Shown: positions 24,499 to 36,987 of the stretch, piece after piece
How the letters are laid out: the number at the start of each line of letters is the position of its first letter
Position numbering within the stretch: the first letter of the stretch is position 1
Assembly: GCA_026936335.1 (NCBI GenBank)
Contig: JAPMXV010000062.1
Location: 62,001-126,000, forward strand
DNA: 64,000 bases
Origin: Mantamonas sphyraenae STR306
Taxonomy: Eukaryota > Protista > CRuMs
Direction of reading: 5' to 3'
Position numbers and translations under genes: made by a program
Notes under the pieces: model-generated
The model's database searches: none
What the model saw: only the letters and a program-made list of their open reading frames with translations
Told to the model about the DNA's origin: nothing

Positions 24499-27400
24499 AT
24501 GGGGGACCACAGGCCGCTTCTGTTCCTTCTTGTGTTGGCGTGTGCGTGCGGAATGGCAACGGGACAGCAATTCAACGTGAACTTGGTGCGGAATCCGACG
24601 TGTGAGGAGACGGTGCCGTCGTCGGGTCAGATCCCACAGTGGGTGCGCAACGATGAGAGCAAAGTGTGGATCTGCGGTGTGAACCAGTTCAGTCCAAAGC
24701 CGCCCACGGGCGTTCCTGCCTACTTCCATGGCCCCAGCCAGGGTGGTGACACCTACGTGTATCAGGACATCCCTCTGAGCCTGTTTGTGGCGGACATCAA
24801 TGCCGGAGTGCTGTTTGAGTTGCATGACATGATGGCGACGTATGATTTTGTAGGTTGTGTGTGAGTGTTGTGGCACGTTGCAAGGCTGAATGCAGCACAA
24901 CGAGCGCGTTTGTTGGCTGACGCGCAGAAATTCTTTGTGGCGCCAACCCTCCAGAACCGAGACCGGGCGGTGTGGGAGATTGAGTGGCGCAATATCCAGA
25001 CGGTGTTGCAGACAGACACGTCTGGGGAACACACGTTCTATTCTCGCCGCTGGTATGGGCAGATTGTGACGCTGCAGCCTCCGCCTGGGACCAATGCTGT
25101 GCGTGTGAAACTCAAGGGCAAGTGGACGGGCTATGGGTGGACCGATGCATTCCATGCTGATGTGGACCTGCGCGCAGTGACTCAAGACGGAAGTTTCGTG
25201 CGATTCGTCAATGCGTGCCACATTGCCGTCCCAGCTGGGCTCGAGTGCAACTGCCTTTGCCTCGCTCCAGGTGCCTGCCAATGCGCAGCGTCTGTGGGTA
25301 CGTGTGCTGGGCAACGACTTGCCCGTGTGGCTGTCTACAAACGCGTCCTTTGTCAATGTGACCGTGTATGGGGCGCGATTGAAGTTTGGCAGCTGTGCCT
25401 CCTGCCTCCCTTGCCCAACCCAGCCATGCTCGGCAAGGGAAGCGAGTACTTTGTGCTCCTGTTGCCCGTAGACGGCGCGACAGTGTTGCCACAGGCCATC
25501 GAGTTGCGTGCACAGCTTCCAGCGGCTGTCAAGGGCGCATCGGATGTGAATCTCCTCGTCAACCCCGGCTTTGAGGACTTTGTTGAATTTTCCATGCGTG
25601 TGCCAGGCTGGGACCAGCCGCTGTCTGCGTCTGCGAGCCGATTCATGACATTGGACAACGCCGCCAAGACAGGATCGCGTTCGGTGATGTCGTACAGTGC
25701 CGTGCCCGACGTGTTGACCCAGACGGTGGATGTGCGGGGATGGAACGAAACCATTGATGCGGGTTTGCAGGCAGTGACGATGAGTATGGTGATTTCTGCG
25801 TGGCCAATGTCTCGCATGGATGTGGTGGCAGTGGGTGACGATGGCCAGGCGCTGCGCACCGTGTCAAGCCTGGCAAAGGTGATTTCAAACTCCAACCAAT
25901 GGCAATCGTTCCAAGAGACGAGCATGCTGCCCGTTGGCACCCGTTTTGTGCGTGTGGAGCTGCACCATAGTGGCGTGGACATGGCCACAACGACGAAGGG
26001 ATCATGGTTCGACGACGTGTCTTTGACGCTGCCGGCGACCACCACGGGACAGTACTGCAGCCCGCCTGTGCGCATGCAGGTGGGAAGCACGTATGATTTG
26101 GATTTGAACACAGGTCTGGTGCCCAGCAACCCTGCGTTTGGGGTGTGCTTTGCCAACCCCGGCAAGACCTTGTACGCCACAGTGCTGGGCACGGGCGACA
26201 CCCTGATGGTGAACGTGTCACTTGTGAACGCCGGCAGTGCAAGCAGTGTGCGTGCTTCCTGGGTTCAATTTGGCCAAGGAGCCAATTGCATGACGTCGCT
26301 GGACATTCGATGCAAGCGGGGCGCATGGTTCCGGATTTGCTGCGCATCGACTCCGTCAGGGGCCAGCTTCACATGGTGGTCATCAGTTTGCCGGCTGGTG
26401 AAACACCTTCTGGCCCTGTGCATTTGCAGTGCGTGTCACGCCCGTGTTTGAGCCGGTCTACGCCACCAATCTGATGGCAAACCCGGATGCGACCGAGACG
26501 GTGGCTGTCACTGGCTTTGTGCCAGGCTGGCAGACAACGTGCGAGGGCTACGCATACGACACGTCGGGTGCCCCTCCCAACACGGCGTACTTTCACCCAG
26601 AGCGGAATCTGATGCTCTGCACGTTGTTCCAAACCATTGATTTGACCCCGTACGCAGAGGATGTGGATGCGGGCCAGATGTGGTTCCGTGCACGCGACAT
26701 GGCCACATCGGGCGATGCCAAAGACCAGCCCAGTGTGCAGGTGATGTCACACAGTGCCAACATGACGGTGCTGAACACGGTATCGTCTGGCTTGCTTGGC
26801 AAAGCGACAAACGTGTGGACGGTGTACGACGTCATGGTCAAGCCTCCTGCGGGCGCACGCTGGTTGACTCTCGGCTTGAGTGCCAAGTTTGTGGAAGGAA
26901 GCTACAACAATGCGTATCACACGCACGCTCAACTGGTGGCGCAGACGCCGTATCGCAACCTGTCCACAGTGGACCTGAGCATCATCAAGTCGACAGGTCA
27001 GCTGCTGACAAACGCACAGCCGGGTGCCATGCAGCCAGGAACGGGTCTCATCGACGATTGGGACTCGATGGACGGATACCCGGTGCATTGGTGGTTGGAA
27101 GGGACGGCTCCCGAGGTTTACTTCAAGAGCGACGGCCCCAACCCTGTGCTCTTCCAGGATATCGATGTACGCTTCTTTGCGGTAGGCATGGACACGGGTG
27201 CCATGCCGTGGTGGTGCCGTGTGCACGCGTGGGTCCAACAAACAAGCGACCACGATCTGCCGGGCATCGGCGTGGACTTTCTCGATCAGGCAAAGACCAC
27301 TGTGCTGGCCGCACGCGAGTATTGGGAGCCCAGTTCGAATGATTACACCTGGAAGCAGCGCGAGATGTACTTCCAAGCGCCAGAGGGCACGCGGTGGATG

Positions 27401-29581
27401 CGATTCAAACTCATGTGCAAGCGAGCCTACGGGACCAATTGCGACGGTTACATCCGCAACGTAACGGCTGTTGCAACGGTGATCCCACCGCCCACACCCA
27501 CGCCCACACCAGGTCCCACGCCCGCGTTCCAGTGCGGTTCGGCAACCTCGTGCACCGAGTGCGCCGCACAACGCAACTGCATGTTCTGCAACGACGGTGG
27601 GGACAGCCGATGTGTGGGTATTGGCGACAAGACATGCGGAGGGTACGTGCAGACGACGTCGTGCTCCTACACGCCGCCTGTGGAGGGACGCAATTGCTCG
27701 GCATCTCGACCGGTGGTTGTGGGCGGCACGTACCAGTACGACTTGTGGACATGGACACACGGTGTGCCTACATCACTTCAGTCGCAATCGTGTGTGAATG
27801 CAGCCGATGGACAGGACGACTTTGGGGTGTGGACGCAGGTGGTTGGTGAGGGCAAGTGGGTCTCCCTGTCCTGCTTCTACGGCTCGTCGTCCACAGAGTG
27901 CAAAGTGCTGTTGTTGGATGGCACCTGTGGGATTGGAGGGTCTTCGGACAACGTATCATGCCACGACGTGACTTCCATGGTGGGCGGTACGGGCAAGTGC
28001 GGATCGTACTTCAACCAGGTCCCGTTCGCTCAGTGGAAGGCTGTGGCAAACCGCACATACACGCTGAGGATTCGCTGCAACTCGGACAGCTACGACACAC
28101 CAGCACGCTTCAGCTTCAATGGTGTGTGTGGCAATCCTGTGTTGGGTGAGAAGTACGATTCCAGCACCTACCCTGATTGCAACGCATGCAGCGTGGGGTT
28201 CTTTGGTTCACGATGTGTGTCCAAGTGCACGTGTACACGCAAGTACGGGTATGATGTGTGCATGGCGCTGCAGGGGGGACCGGCAGGCGCTGCGTGCAAC
28301 TACACCTCGCTGTGCAGCCCCAAGTTGGATGGCGGTGGGTGCTCGTGCCCCTCGTGTGTAAAGGACCAGGGCACATGCGACATGTCACGTGGCGTGTGTG
28401 TGTGCAAACGTGGGTATGTGGGCGTGCAGTGTCAGATGAAGGCAAGTGACATGATGACCACTGCTGCGGCGGTGACCTTCACGCTTATGGGATGCCTCAT
28501 GGCCGCCACTGTGGCCATGGTGTGGAAAATCAGCAGCAGCCTGAGGCTTCACGAAGCCACCGCAGATCAGGTGCGTCTGAACGGCGCAAACTTGCTGGCG
28601 ATGGGCATCCTGGTGTACAAGTCGGGCCAGTTCACCGCCTTGTCGTTCACCCAGGCTGTGCCCTGGCACTCTTCCGTCGGAGGCGTGAAGGACGCCTTTC
28701 GGGGCTTCTTTTTGTTTGAATTCAACGGCATCGGCTGGGAGCTTGTGTTCAATGTGACGTGGATTTTCGCCGGCCTGTTTCTGGTCTCTCTCGTGGCGTA
28801 CCTGCGTTCCAATGGCGTCTCATACAGCAGTATGCCTCGTTGGCAGCAGCTTCTGGTGGCACCTTTTCCCTATCTGGTGCAGCTGGCGAGTGGCCTGTCG
28901 ATGACGATGATGCGTACTCTTTTCCAAGGCATCGCCTGCAATTACGATGTCAATGACACGCTTCCGTACATGTGGCGTCTGCCAGAGGTGGCGTGTTGGG
29001 TGCCAGGCAAACATGGGGGCTTTGTGGCTGGCTGTGTGATGGGTGTGTTGATGCTGTATCCTGCAATGACTCGCCTCAACCCGTACCTGGACCGCTTCAC
29101 CCTGAAAAAGGATCTGAGGTTCGAACCTCGCTACTTGATTGTGGTGCTGCAGGTGGAGGTGATTCTGGCCATGGTGTCGTCGGTGACACACGCCAAACCG
29201 ACGCTGTTCCTGGTGGCTCCTCTGATGCTCATTCTGGTCCTCTTCACGCTGGGCACCAAGCCGTGCAAGTTCCACTGGGCCACTCAAACACGCTCCATTG
29301 GATACATGTTTCCGTTTTGGGCCTCCTTGTGTGCTCTGATGGCCTTCTACCTGGGTCCTGGGAGCCTGTATCCGGTCATCACGCTCTTTCTGGGTTTTGG
29401 CATCATGCTGGCACTCATGGTCGGCGTGGCTGCAGGATTTGTCAAGCCACCCGCCTATTCGTTTGAACGCCTGGAAAAGGCGCTGCAGGGAGACACCTGG
29501 GATGGCAAGGGAGGAGCCACCACCAAAGAACTTGGTGACTCTGTGGAGTACCGAGAGTACCATGACTTTGCGTCGATTTGA
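24499..29581 (+). CDS. Large signal-peptide surface protein: four FBA/galactose-binding-like repeats, Cys-flanked beta repeats, PT linker, PSI-like and EGF-like modules, C-terminal polytopic membrane domain
   Basis: Signal peptide LLFLLVLACACGMATG; repeats starting NLVRNP / NLLVNPGFE / NLMANP / QLLTN and ending P.G.R.VRV; SCTECAAQRNCMFC (PSI-like); CVCKRGYVGVQC (EGF-like); about 8-9 hydrophobic helices. One intron (~24850-24953). Four one-base frameshifts (~25198, 25402, 26304, 26429) are needed for a continuous frame. Confidence 0.75.
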
Positions 29582-29707
29582 GACCAGAGAGAGAGAGCAC
29601 TCTGAACGAAAGCAAGAGCACAGTGTGTGAGTGAGTGTGTGTGTGGGTTGGAAAATGGAATGAGCTGTGCTGCGCTTCGCTCGCCAACCGATTTCTTCCT
29701 TGCCTCG

Positions 29708-31075
29708 ATGCTCGTTCGCCAGTGCCGCCGTGCAAGCCAGGCAACGGGAGGCGTAAAGGGCGCCCAACGCATCCTGGGTGCACAGTGTACAAACACAACC
29801 ACGACGACGGCGACGGTGCGTGCGTTGCATCAGAATCCGTGTCAGGAACATGCGACGACGCAGCAGCAGCAAGAGACGGGTACACAGGGTGTGTGCTGGG
29901 TCGATGGCCAGTGTGGTGGCATGTATTTCAGCATGACAAGGTCGCAGCTGCAAAGTGGATCGCCGCTGCTGGTGGCGGGAGGCAGGCAGGGAGCAGGAAA
30001 CGGGGCGGTGGTGCAGCGCATGCACACGCAGGCCGGGCGATACAGCGAAGGCAGCAGTGCAGAGGATATCAGCGATGCCATGCTGGAAGAAGAGTTGATG
30101 GCCAATGACATGGCACCGTTGACCGAGTCTGATAACCATCCAGAGGCCAGGGGCAAGCGGCAGAGTGCGCAGACGCGCAAGCGAGCAGCCACTTCTGCCT
30201 CGCGAACATTCAACTTTGAGGCAGAGGCCATCGAGGAGGGTTCATTGTATGTGCGTGTGCGCCACGTGCCAAAGGAGGCACTGGAGTCGGACATTCGACG
30301 GTTCCTGGGCGGGTACAGGCTGAGTGGCGTTGCGCGTTCGTTGAACGCTTCGACGACGGGCAACGACACACGCAGCACCAATGTGCGTTCCATTCGCGAC
30401 ACCGTGCACAAGCAGCCCATGGACAGGGCCACCGAGTGGTACGTGCGCTTCGACAGCCTGGAGGAGCTCGAGGACGCCGTGCGCAAGCTCCGCTACGGCA
30501 CCCTCACAAACTCCCAGGTCCAGCTGGCACGCGTCACGGAACAGGCCGCCGTGGAGAACACACGGCACCCATTGGTGAGGAATCCCACACGCACAGTGCT
30601 TGTGTCGGGTCTTCCCTACGACGCCACCGCGGGTGATCTCGCACGCTTCTTTGCCGGCTTTGATCTCCAAACCACGCAGGGGCAGGCAGACGACAACTCG
30701 ACGGCCATTACCCTCATCCAACACAAGGATGGCAAACCCACAGGCAAGGCGTTTGTGGCGTTTGACTCTGATCTCGAGGCACAGCGTGCCATCTGGCAAA
30801 AGAATCGTACCTTTCTCGCCACCCGTTGGGTGCAAGTGTCTCACTTTGGTGACATCAGCACCCCAAGATATCTGGAGCATCATGGGGCATCTTCTTCCTC
30901 CTCTACACGCAAGGCAAGCAAGCCTCGCTCAGATCGCGAGGCCATCGATGCGCTCTTCAAGAAGCCTGCGCGGGTGGCCAAGAAGCCGCCTGTGATTGCC
31001 CATGTGGGTGAAGAGGACGACGTAGCACAAGGAGAAGCCGATGGAGAGACTGTGTCAATGAAGCAGGAGGAATGA
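29708..31075 (+). CDS. Two-qRRM RNA-binding protein (hnRNP F/H / GRSF1-like), predicted mitochondrial
   Basis: YVRVRHVP...EWYVRFDS and VLVSGLPYDATAGDLARFF...GKPTGKAFVAF...RWVQV qRRM motifs; long Arg/Ser/Thr-rich presequence-like N-terminus. Confidence 0.75.
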   Translation: MLVRQCRRASQATGGVKGAQRILGAQCTNTTTTTATVRALHQNPCQEHATTQQQQETGTQGVCWVDGQCGGMYFSMTRSQLQSGSPLLVAGGRQGAGNGAVVQRMHTQAGRYSEGSSAEDISDAMLEEELMANDMAPLTESDNHPEARGKRQSAQTRKRAATSASRTFNFEAEAIEEGSLYVRVRHVPKEALESDIRRFLGGYRLSGVARSLNASTTGNDTRSTNVRSIRDTVHKQPMDRATEWYVRFDSLEELEDAVRKLRYGTLTNSQVQLARVTEQAAVENTRHPLVRNPTRTVLVSGLPYDATAGDLARFFAGFDLQTTQGQADDNSTAITLIQHKDGKPTGKAFVAFDSDLEAQRAIWQKNRTFLATRWVQVSHFGDISTPRYLEHHGASSSSSTRKASKPRSDREAIDALFKKPARVAKKPPVIAHVGEEDDVAQGEADGETVSMKQEE

Positions 31076-31139
31076 TCGAGCGCGTGTGCGGGCAGGGAAA
31101 TTTGTTTGAAGTTCGCTGGGAGCGTGTCGGCAAAGAGGA

Positions 31140-33200
31140 ATGGCAGAACCGCACACAGAAGATAACATGGGAGTCGGTATAGGCGACCGTGTGTACCGTT
31201 CGTTGTCATCGCCTCTGTTCCAGGCGCAGGCGGCGTTGATGTTCATCACCATGGCCGTGGCTGTGGTGGAGATGGTCATCGCCAGGTATAGTTTGGTTGC
31301 CCCGGCCGTTATATTCTACGTGGCTTCAGATATGTACCGCATGTTCATCTACAGGGCGTCGTTTGGACCCAAGCTCCTCAGTGACGGCGAATGGCGCGCT
31401 CTGAGTGCCTTGCTTGTCCTCGTCCACCAGGCTGTGCCATGGTACGCCTTCTTTTCACCCACCCACACCATTGGATATTGTCCACAAAGGTGCTACCAAA
31501 TCGATTACGCTACGGAAGCGAACTACTTTTACTTTGCGACCGTGACAACGACGGTTCTCATCGTCCCGGCGATATACGAGTACGTTTGGCGCCGTCGCAA
31601 CGGCATCCCGTTGAGCAACCTGGTCTACACTACGCCCGATGTCCACACTGTGACTCTGAAAAGACCATCCGCACGTGCGGGCCAGCGCTACGTCAAGGTG
31701 AAGCCTGCGGTGAGCGCGGTGCACGAATCAGGAAAAGACGCCGCAAACGCGGCGGCCGAGACGGCGACACTCTCCGGAGCCATGACGCCTGGAGCGACAC
31801 CACACGCCACACAAGAGGCCGAACATACAGCTTCGGAGGTGTTGGAAATGCAACCTCCGCGCACGGATGAAGATGGGAAGGACGAAGAGGGCGGCCGAGA
31901 ACGACGCGGGACACTGCAAGGCCTGCGGCAGAACAGCGGCGTGCAACTGGTTGGCAATCGGCCTTTGACAGAAGCAGAGGCACGTGATATGGAGATGGAA
32001 CGTGATCTGCAGCTGTACGCAGGCTGGGAAGAACATGTGGGCAAGGACAGGGCGAATTTGCCCGGGTTCGCCATGGGCATGTTTCACTGGACCTTCCACG
32101 TCATCATGGTCAACATCCTCACAGTCACCACCGACTTGACCGAATCTGAAATTGATATCTATCTGTTTCTGCTGGTGTTTGTCATCTGGGGCTTTCTCGC
32201 ATACGAGCAATTTCGGGGCCTCCCGCGCTCGCGGTTCAGCCATGGGTGGTCCATGAGCGCAGTGCATCTGTTGTTTGGTGCACCCTCTGTGCCTGCAGTC
32301 ATTGTGGGCTTCCAACGGGCGGTGGAGGGAACAGGAGCCAAGTTTCTGATCTATGTTCTCTACGTGGTGGTGCTCCTCCTTGTTACCCTTGCCTTCTGGA
32401 AAATCACACTGTACGCAACCAATGCGTACGTCCACTTGCCGCTGGTGTCCATTGTGACGTTCTTTGACGACCAGCTGAGCGAACTGTTCTTTGTGCAATC
32501 GTTCGACACGGCCAACTTTGACTGGCTGCTGTTTGTGCTGATGACCCTTGCGCTGGTTGTGCGCTTGGTGATTCGTGATCTGGGCCTGATTGAAAAGTGG
32601 TTCGATGTGGCCTGGGGCTGGGTTTGCGTTGATTCACACAAGGCGACGCTGGCCATGTTTGAAAGCGAGTATCGACGTGAGACCTACGATCTGTACAAGT
32701 CGCTCATGACCACGCGCAAGTACATCCTGTACAGTGCACAGGATCTGATGAGCGAACACATCACGGTGGTGCTGATGCCGCTGGCAGTGACGATCGACTA
32801 TGCGTTCAACGACCCGTCCACATGCATCCTCAGCTGCCAGTTCAACGACAGCGCAGACGGATGGGCAGACATTGGTGGGTTGTGGGCTGTGTTTGCGGTG
32901 GTCATGGCCAGCAAATACTTTGCCAACTGGATGGTGGATGCAGGGATGCGCAAATCGCTGGGCAAACTGCAACAACGCATGGACGAATTCGAGAGCAAGT
33001 GGGGCCGCATTGAAGACCACAGCGAACTGCGTGTGTTTGGTGACCTGTTGCCAGCCACACTGACCAAACAACCACTGGTGGAGCAGTTTGACCCGGTGCG
33101 CGAGGCGTTCGTGAAGAACCACTTTGTCCTGTTCTGCCTGGGTGCCACCGTGGCGTTCTACCAGGCAATGCGTGCCACAGGCAACATCCGATCGATTTGA
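31140..33200 (+). CDS. Uncharacterised polytopic membrane protein, paralog A
   Basis: 686-aa intact ORF with about 12 hydrophobic segments and Cys-pair loops (CPQRC; CILSC); a clear paralog lies at 40241-42521. Confidence 0.85.
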   Translation: MAEPHTEDNMGVGIGDRVYRSLSSPLFQAQAALMFITMAVAVVEMVIARYSLVAPAVIFYVASDMYRMFIYRASFGPKLLSDGEWRALSALLVLVHQAVPWYAFFSPTHTIGYCPQRCYQIDYATEANYFYFATVTTTVLIVPAIYEYVWRRRNGIPLSNLVYTTPDVHTVTLKRPSARAGQRYVKVKPAVSAVHESGKDAANAAAETATLSGAMTPGATPHATQEAEHTASEVLEMQPPRTDEDGKDEEGGRERRGTLQGLRQNSGVQLVGNRPLTEAEARDMEMERDLQLYAGWEEHVGKDRANLPGFAMGMFHWTFHVIMVNILTVTTDLTESEIDIYLFLLVFVIWGFLAYEQFRGLPRSRFSHGWSMSAVHLLFGAPSVPAVIVGFQRAVEGTGAKFLIYVLYVVVLLLVTLAFWKITLYATNAYVHLPLVSIVTFFDDQLSELFFVQSFDTANFDWLLFVLMTLALVVRLVIRDLGLIEKWFDVAWGWVCVDSHKATLAMFESEYRRETYDLYKSLMTTRKYILYSAQDLMSEHITVVLMPLAVTIDYAFNDPSTCILSCQFNDSADGWADIGGLWAVFAVVMASKYFANWMVDAGMRKSLGKLQQRMDEFESKWGRIEDHSELRVFGDLLPATLTKQPLVEQFDPVREAFVKNHFVLFCLGATVAFYQAMRATGNIRSI
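32313..33067 (+). repeat. Inverted repeat arm A (755 nt, patchily near-identical to 40374-41128)
   Basis: Direct comparison with the reverse complement of 40374-41128: same length, long identical runs including synonymous positions. Confidence 0.9.
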
Positions 33201-33274
33201 CAAGTCTCACTTGGGGAACAGCAGCGCAGCACGAAGCAAAGCAACGGGCAAAAAGGGGACGAAGAAGGGCAAAG

Positions 33275-35873
33275 ATGCGAAGGCATCGCTACGCAGACAG
33301 TGAAGAGGGGCGTGGGCGGGGACGACGCAAGGTCAAACCATCGGTGACATCCCCACCTCATGTACAGCAGAATACACGTCGCTTGCGAAGTGCCAATCTG
33401 AGTGTAGAGTTGCAAAAGGCTCGAGCACATCAACGAGATCAGTACCACGGCCTCGGGGATGTGGCGTCGCCCAAGGTACACTCCATCCGTGGTTCGGCAT
33501 ACCAAGAGGTCGATCTGGCCGTATCTGGCGACCATCTGCACATGGAAGAGAAGTAAGGGCGGGAAAGCGTGGGATTTTGGCGCCAAGGCAACGTGGAATC
33601 AACTGACACAGACGCGCGCCTGCAGACGCAAGGCACGAAGGAGCGTACCTTTGCGTCTGGCCAGGAGCAGAAAGAGCAAAGAGAGAAAGTACAAAGAAGA
33701 GATGGACGATGAAGAGGAGGCGGACGTGGAGCTGGAACAGGAAAACATTGTGCCGAGCGTCCTGCCGTCGAACGAGTCGCCGCTGCGGACGGGCGTCACG
33801 GGAGGCAACCCGTGGTCTGTACAGGTGCCGCGCGTGGCACGTTTGGAAGAGAGTGGCGATGAGAAGGAAGACGGTGGGGTGGACGTGGAGGTAGAAGAGG
33901 CCGAGCAAGAAGCAGATGAACAGGAGCACCAGCAGCACCAGCAGGAAGATGGAGATCCCCTCAGGAGCGAAGAGGACGGCTGGGTGCGAGTGAAGGATCC
34001 GCAGACCAAGGCATCGCGCGTAGAACACACACCGTCGCCTCAAGGGTCACAGAAGGAGGAGGAGGAGGAGGAGGAGAGCAGCTCGAGCGCTACGAAAAAG
34101 ACATCCCCTGTGGGTGGAACTGTCGCCTCGTTCATTCACCGCTTCCGCAACGAACCGCCTCTGAGCAGAGAGGAACGGGAGAAGCAGCGGAGCATGGGCA
34201 AGTTGTGGTGGCAAGAGAGTGAGGAGGAGGAGGAGCAAAGCGAGGACACACCACCACTGGACAACGCACACGTACACACACACGCTCAGAGAACGCCGTC
34301 ACCACCCAAGGAACACCATGCCCTGCATCGCGTGTCTTCGTCACAGCTGGAAGAGCTCAGTGCCTCTGAAGAGCGCATTCTGACACAGATGAAGCGAGGG
34401 CAGCAACAGAACCCGGAGCTGCCAGAGACACCGCAGCATGTGCGTGAGGTGGTTCGACAGGAGGCAAAGGAACGCGATGCAAGTGTTCAGGATGTCAAGG
34501 AAGCCAATGGTGGCAGCAGAGAGGAGCAGCCTGTGCTGTCCGACTCACTGGATGCATTGTTTGCACGTCAGTACGGAGCATCGCACTATGGCAACTTTCT
34601 GGATGCACAGGCACCCAACAGCCCCGAAAAGACGCAATCAAGCTGGTTGCAACACTCGTTGGAGGACTACGAACGTACATACGGCTCCATGGAGGAGGGA
34701 TTGGCCGATGAGGACGACGACGACGACGTGGATGCACCGCTGAGTGACAGCCTCGTGCACCAGGTTGACCAGTTGCTGGATAGAGACCTCAGCGACCTGG
34801 CACGTGAGCTGCAGATCTCGCTGGGAGAGTCACACGAGTACCTGCAAGGGCTCAAGGCGTATCGAGACAGTGGTGAGCTGGATGGATCACCCCTGAACGA
34901 CGTGTACAGCAGCACAGGCAGCCTCGACAGCAACGCAGAGTTGGAAAGGTATCTCGAAGAGCTGCGTGAGCGGATGAATGGCGAACAGGGAAGTGTTGAT
35001 GAGCAGCCTCGCAAGCAGGAGCAGAGGCAGCAGCAAGACGAGATCGATGAGGGACAAGAAGAGGAGCCCAACGGTGAACAAGAGGACGAAGAGCAAGAAG
35101 AGCAGGAAGAGCAGGAGGAGGAACAGCATGTACATGAGTCACACGATGTGTCGCCGACAGCGTTGCCAAAAACAAGCAAGCAATCGCCGGCAGTGGCGCG
35201 GTCGACCATGGAGCGCATCCGGGCGTCAACGGAGGAGCTGCAGCTTAGTGAAGGGACACTGGGCACCATCAGCAATCTGGTGCAGCGGGTGGTGGAGGAG
35301 AGACTGTTTGACGTGGTGCGTGCATCCGCAGACACCATGGTTCAGTCTCTGCAGGGATCGCAGGTCCTTGACGATGCCTTGCGTAGGTCGCTGCAATCCC
35401 TGGGCAGCAGCACAGGCAGTCGTGAAAGCGACGCCTCTTCAAAGTCATCCAGGTCTTCGCGCAGGAGTCGGAAGACGAGGCAACGGCAGGTGGACCTTGA
35501 CGATGAGCTGCAGCTGGACATTGACTCGCTCGTGGCCCGGCGCAGGTATCGTGGCGATGCATACGGACACGCAGAGGTGCCCGTGAGCCAGTCCTGGTCT
35601 GGGCCGTTGCCCTCGTCGTCGCTGTCAAGTGGCAGCAGCGGCGTCGCGGGACGACATCCGCACATCCGATGGCTGGATCAGCAACACGAAGCAGTGACAC
35701 ACGAGGCCGTACGTATGCCTGTGTCTGCAAAGGCGTCCAGTTCGTCGGGTGCTTCGATGGCAGACATTGACGAGGGCGCGTACGAGCAGCTCTTTGCCTC
35801 CGACGAAATCCTTATCCTGCTGCGTGAAAAGATGCGTCTGTTGCGAGCAAACCTTGCTCTGTACGATCGATGA
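33275..35873 (+). CDS. PROSER3-like low-complexity/coiled-coil protein
   Basis: VASFIHRFRNEPPLSREERE...LWWQ resembles the conserved PROSER3 motif; C-terminal DEILILLREKMRLLR helix; GTAAGG intron ~33553-33625 splices in frame. Confidence 0.6.
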
Positions 35874-35919
35874 TGGATGGGAGTGGGATGTTGCCAAACA
35901 AAGAAACAGATTCCGCGTC

Positions 35920-36236
35920 TCACCGTCCGACGTCGCTGGAGACGTCGTCGTCGTCGTACTCCTCACCGTCGTCGTCATCGTCATCGTCGTCATCCAATTC
36001 CGCACGTTCCGTCTCGTGCTCCTTTTGCAGCTCCTCTTTCGACCATTGCGATGACGATTGCTGCAGCGAGGGGATGCGTTCCATGAAGCGTTCTGCAACC
36101 GAACCAAGATCCCAACTCACAGAGCTGCTGCTGCTGCTGCGTGCATGTGCCCCTTCCTCTTGTTCTCTCGTTCCCATGTCCCCTCGTTGCCGGGCTCTCT
36201 TCTTTCCGCTGCTACTGCTGGACGACGCCGCCGCGG

Positions 36237-36269
<33 letters not shown>

Positions 36270-36923
36270 CTCCTCGGCTGTCGTTGATGAGCGATGCAAG
36301 CTCGTTGGCAAAGGCAGCTGTGCCCCCTAAACCCAACAGGTCGCCAAGGACGTCCTCTTCGTCAGAGTAGACAAGCGGTTGTCTCCGTTGCGGTTGGTTT
36401 TGCTTGCGTCGCCGCTTCCCTTCGGGCGACACGCTGCCTGCTGGGAGCCCACGCTTGCCCGACGCGACACTGCGCCGTTTCGCCTTGTTCTCTGCCTCTA
36501 TGGCTTCGCGTGCTGTTGCATAGTCCTCCAGCAGCTGGCCCATCTGCTCCATGTATTGCACAGCTTGCGTTTGAAATCGTCCAGTTCGCGACGCCAACAC
36601 CTCACGAGCCCTCTGGGCCTGCACCTCGGCATGTTTCATCTCCATGTATCCGTTCAGCATCTCCTCCAGAGGCCGCATGGGTTTCTAAGCGCCCGAGACA
36701 AGCCCACCCACGCATGTGCACAGCGTCCTGCGTCAGTTTGCTCGTTTGTTCCTGACGTGATCACCCACAAACCCCCCCGGCTGCTTTCACTCACCACCGC
36801 CTTGACTCGCTTCAGCATCCGCGACGACATCGATAGTTGCATCTGCATGGCCGCATCCTTGTATTTGTGCCGTTTCAGGAAGCTGTGCACCACATGCAAC
36901 AGCTCTGGCTCGCTGAGCTCCAT
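35920..36923 (-). CDS. LisH-domain protein, NPAT/Mxc N-terminus-like
   Basis: ELLHVVHSFLKRHKYKDAA LisH helix followed, after intron 36685-36794, by RPLEEMLNGYMEMK (similar to NPAT LxxILNEYxxMK); basic NLS and acidic tail. Confidence 0.6.
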
Positions 36924-36987
36924 CTCCCCGTCGTCGTCTTTGCTGCACCAGCGCATCCACCAGAAACAACAAACAACAAACCCAGCA

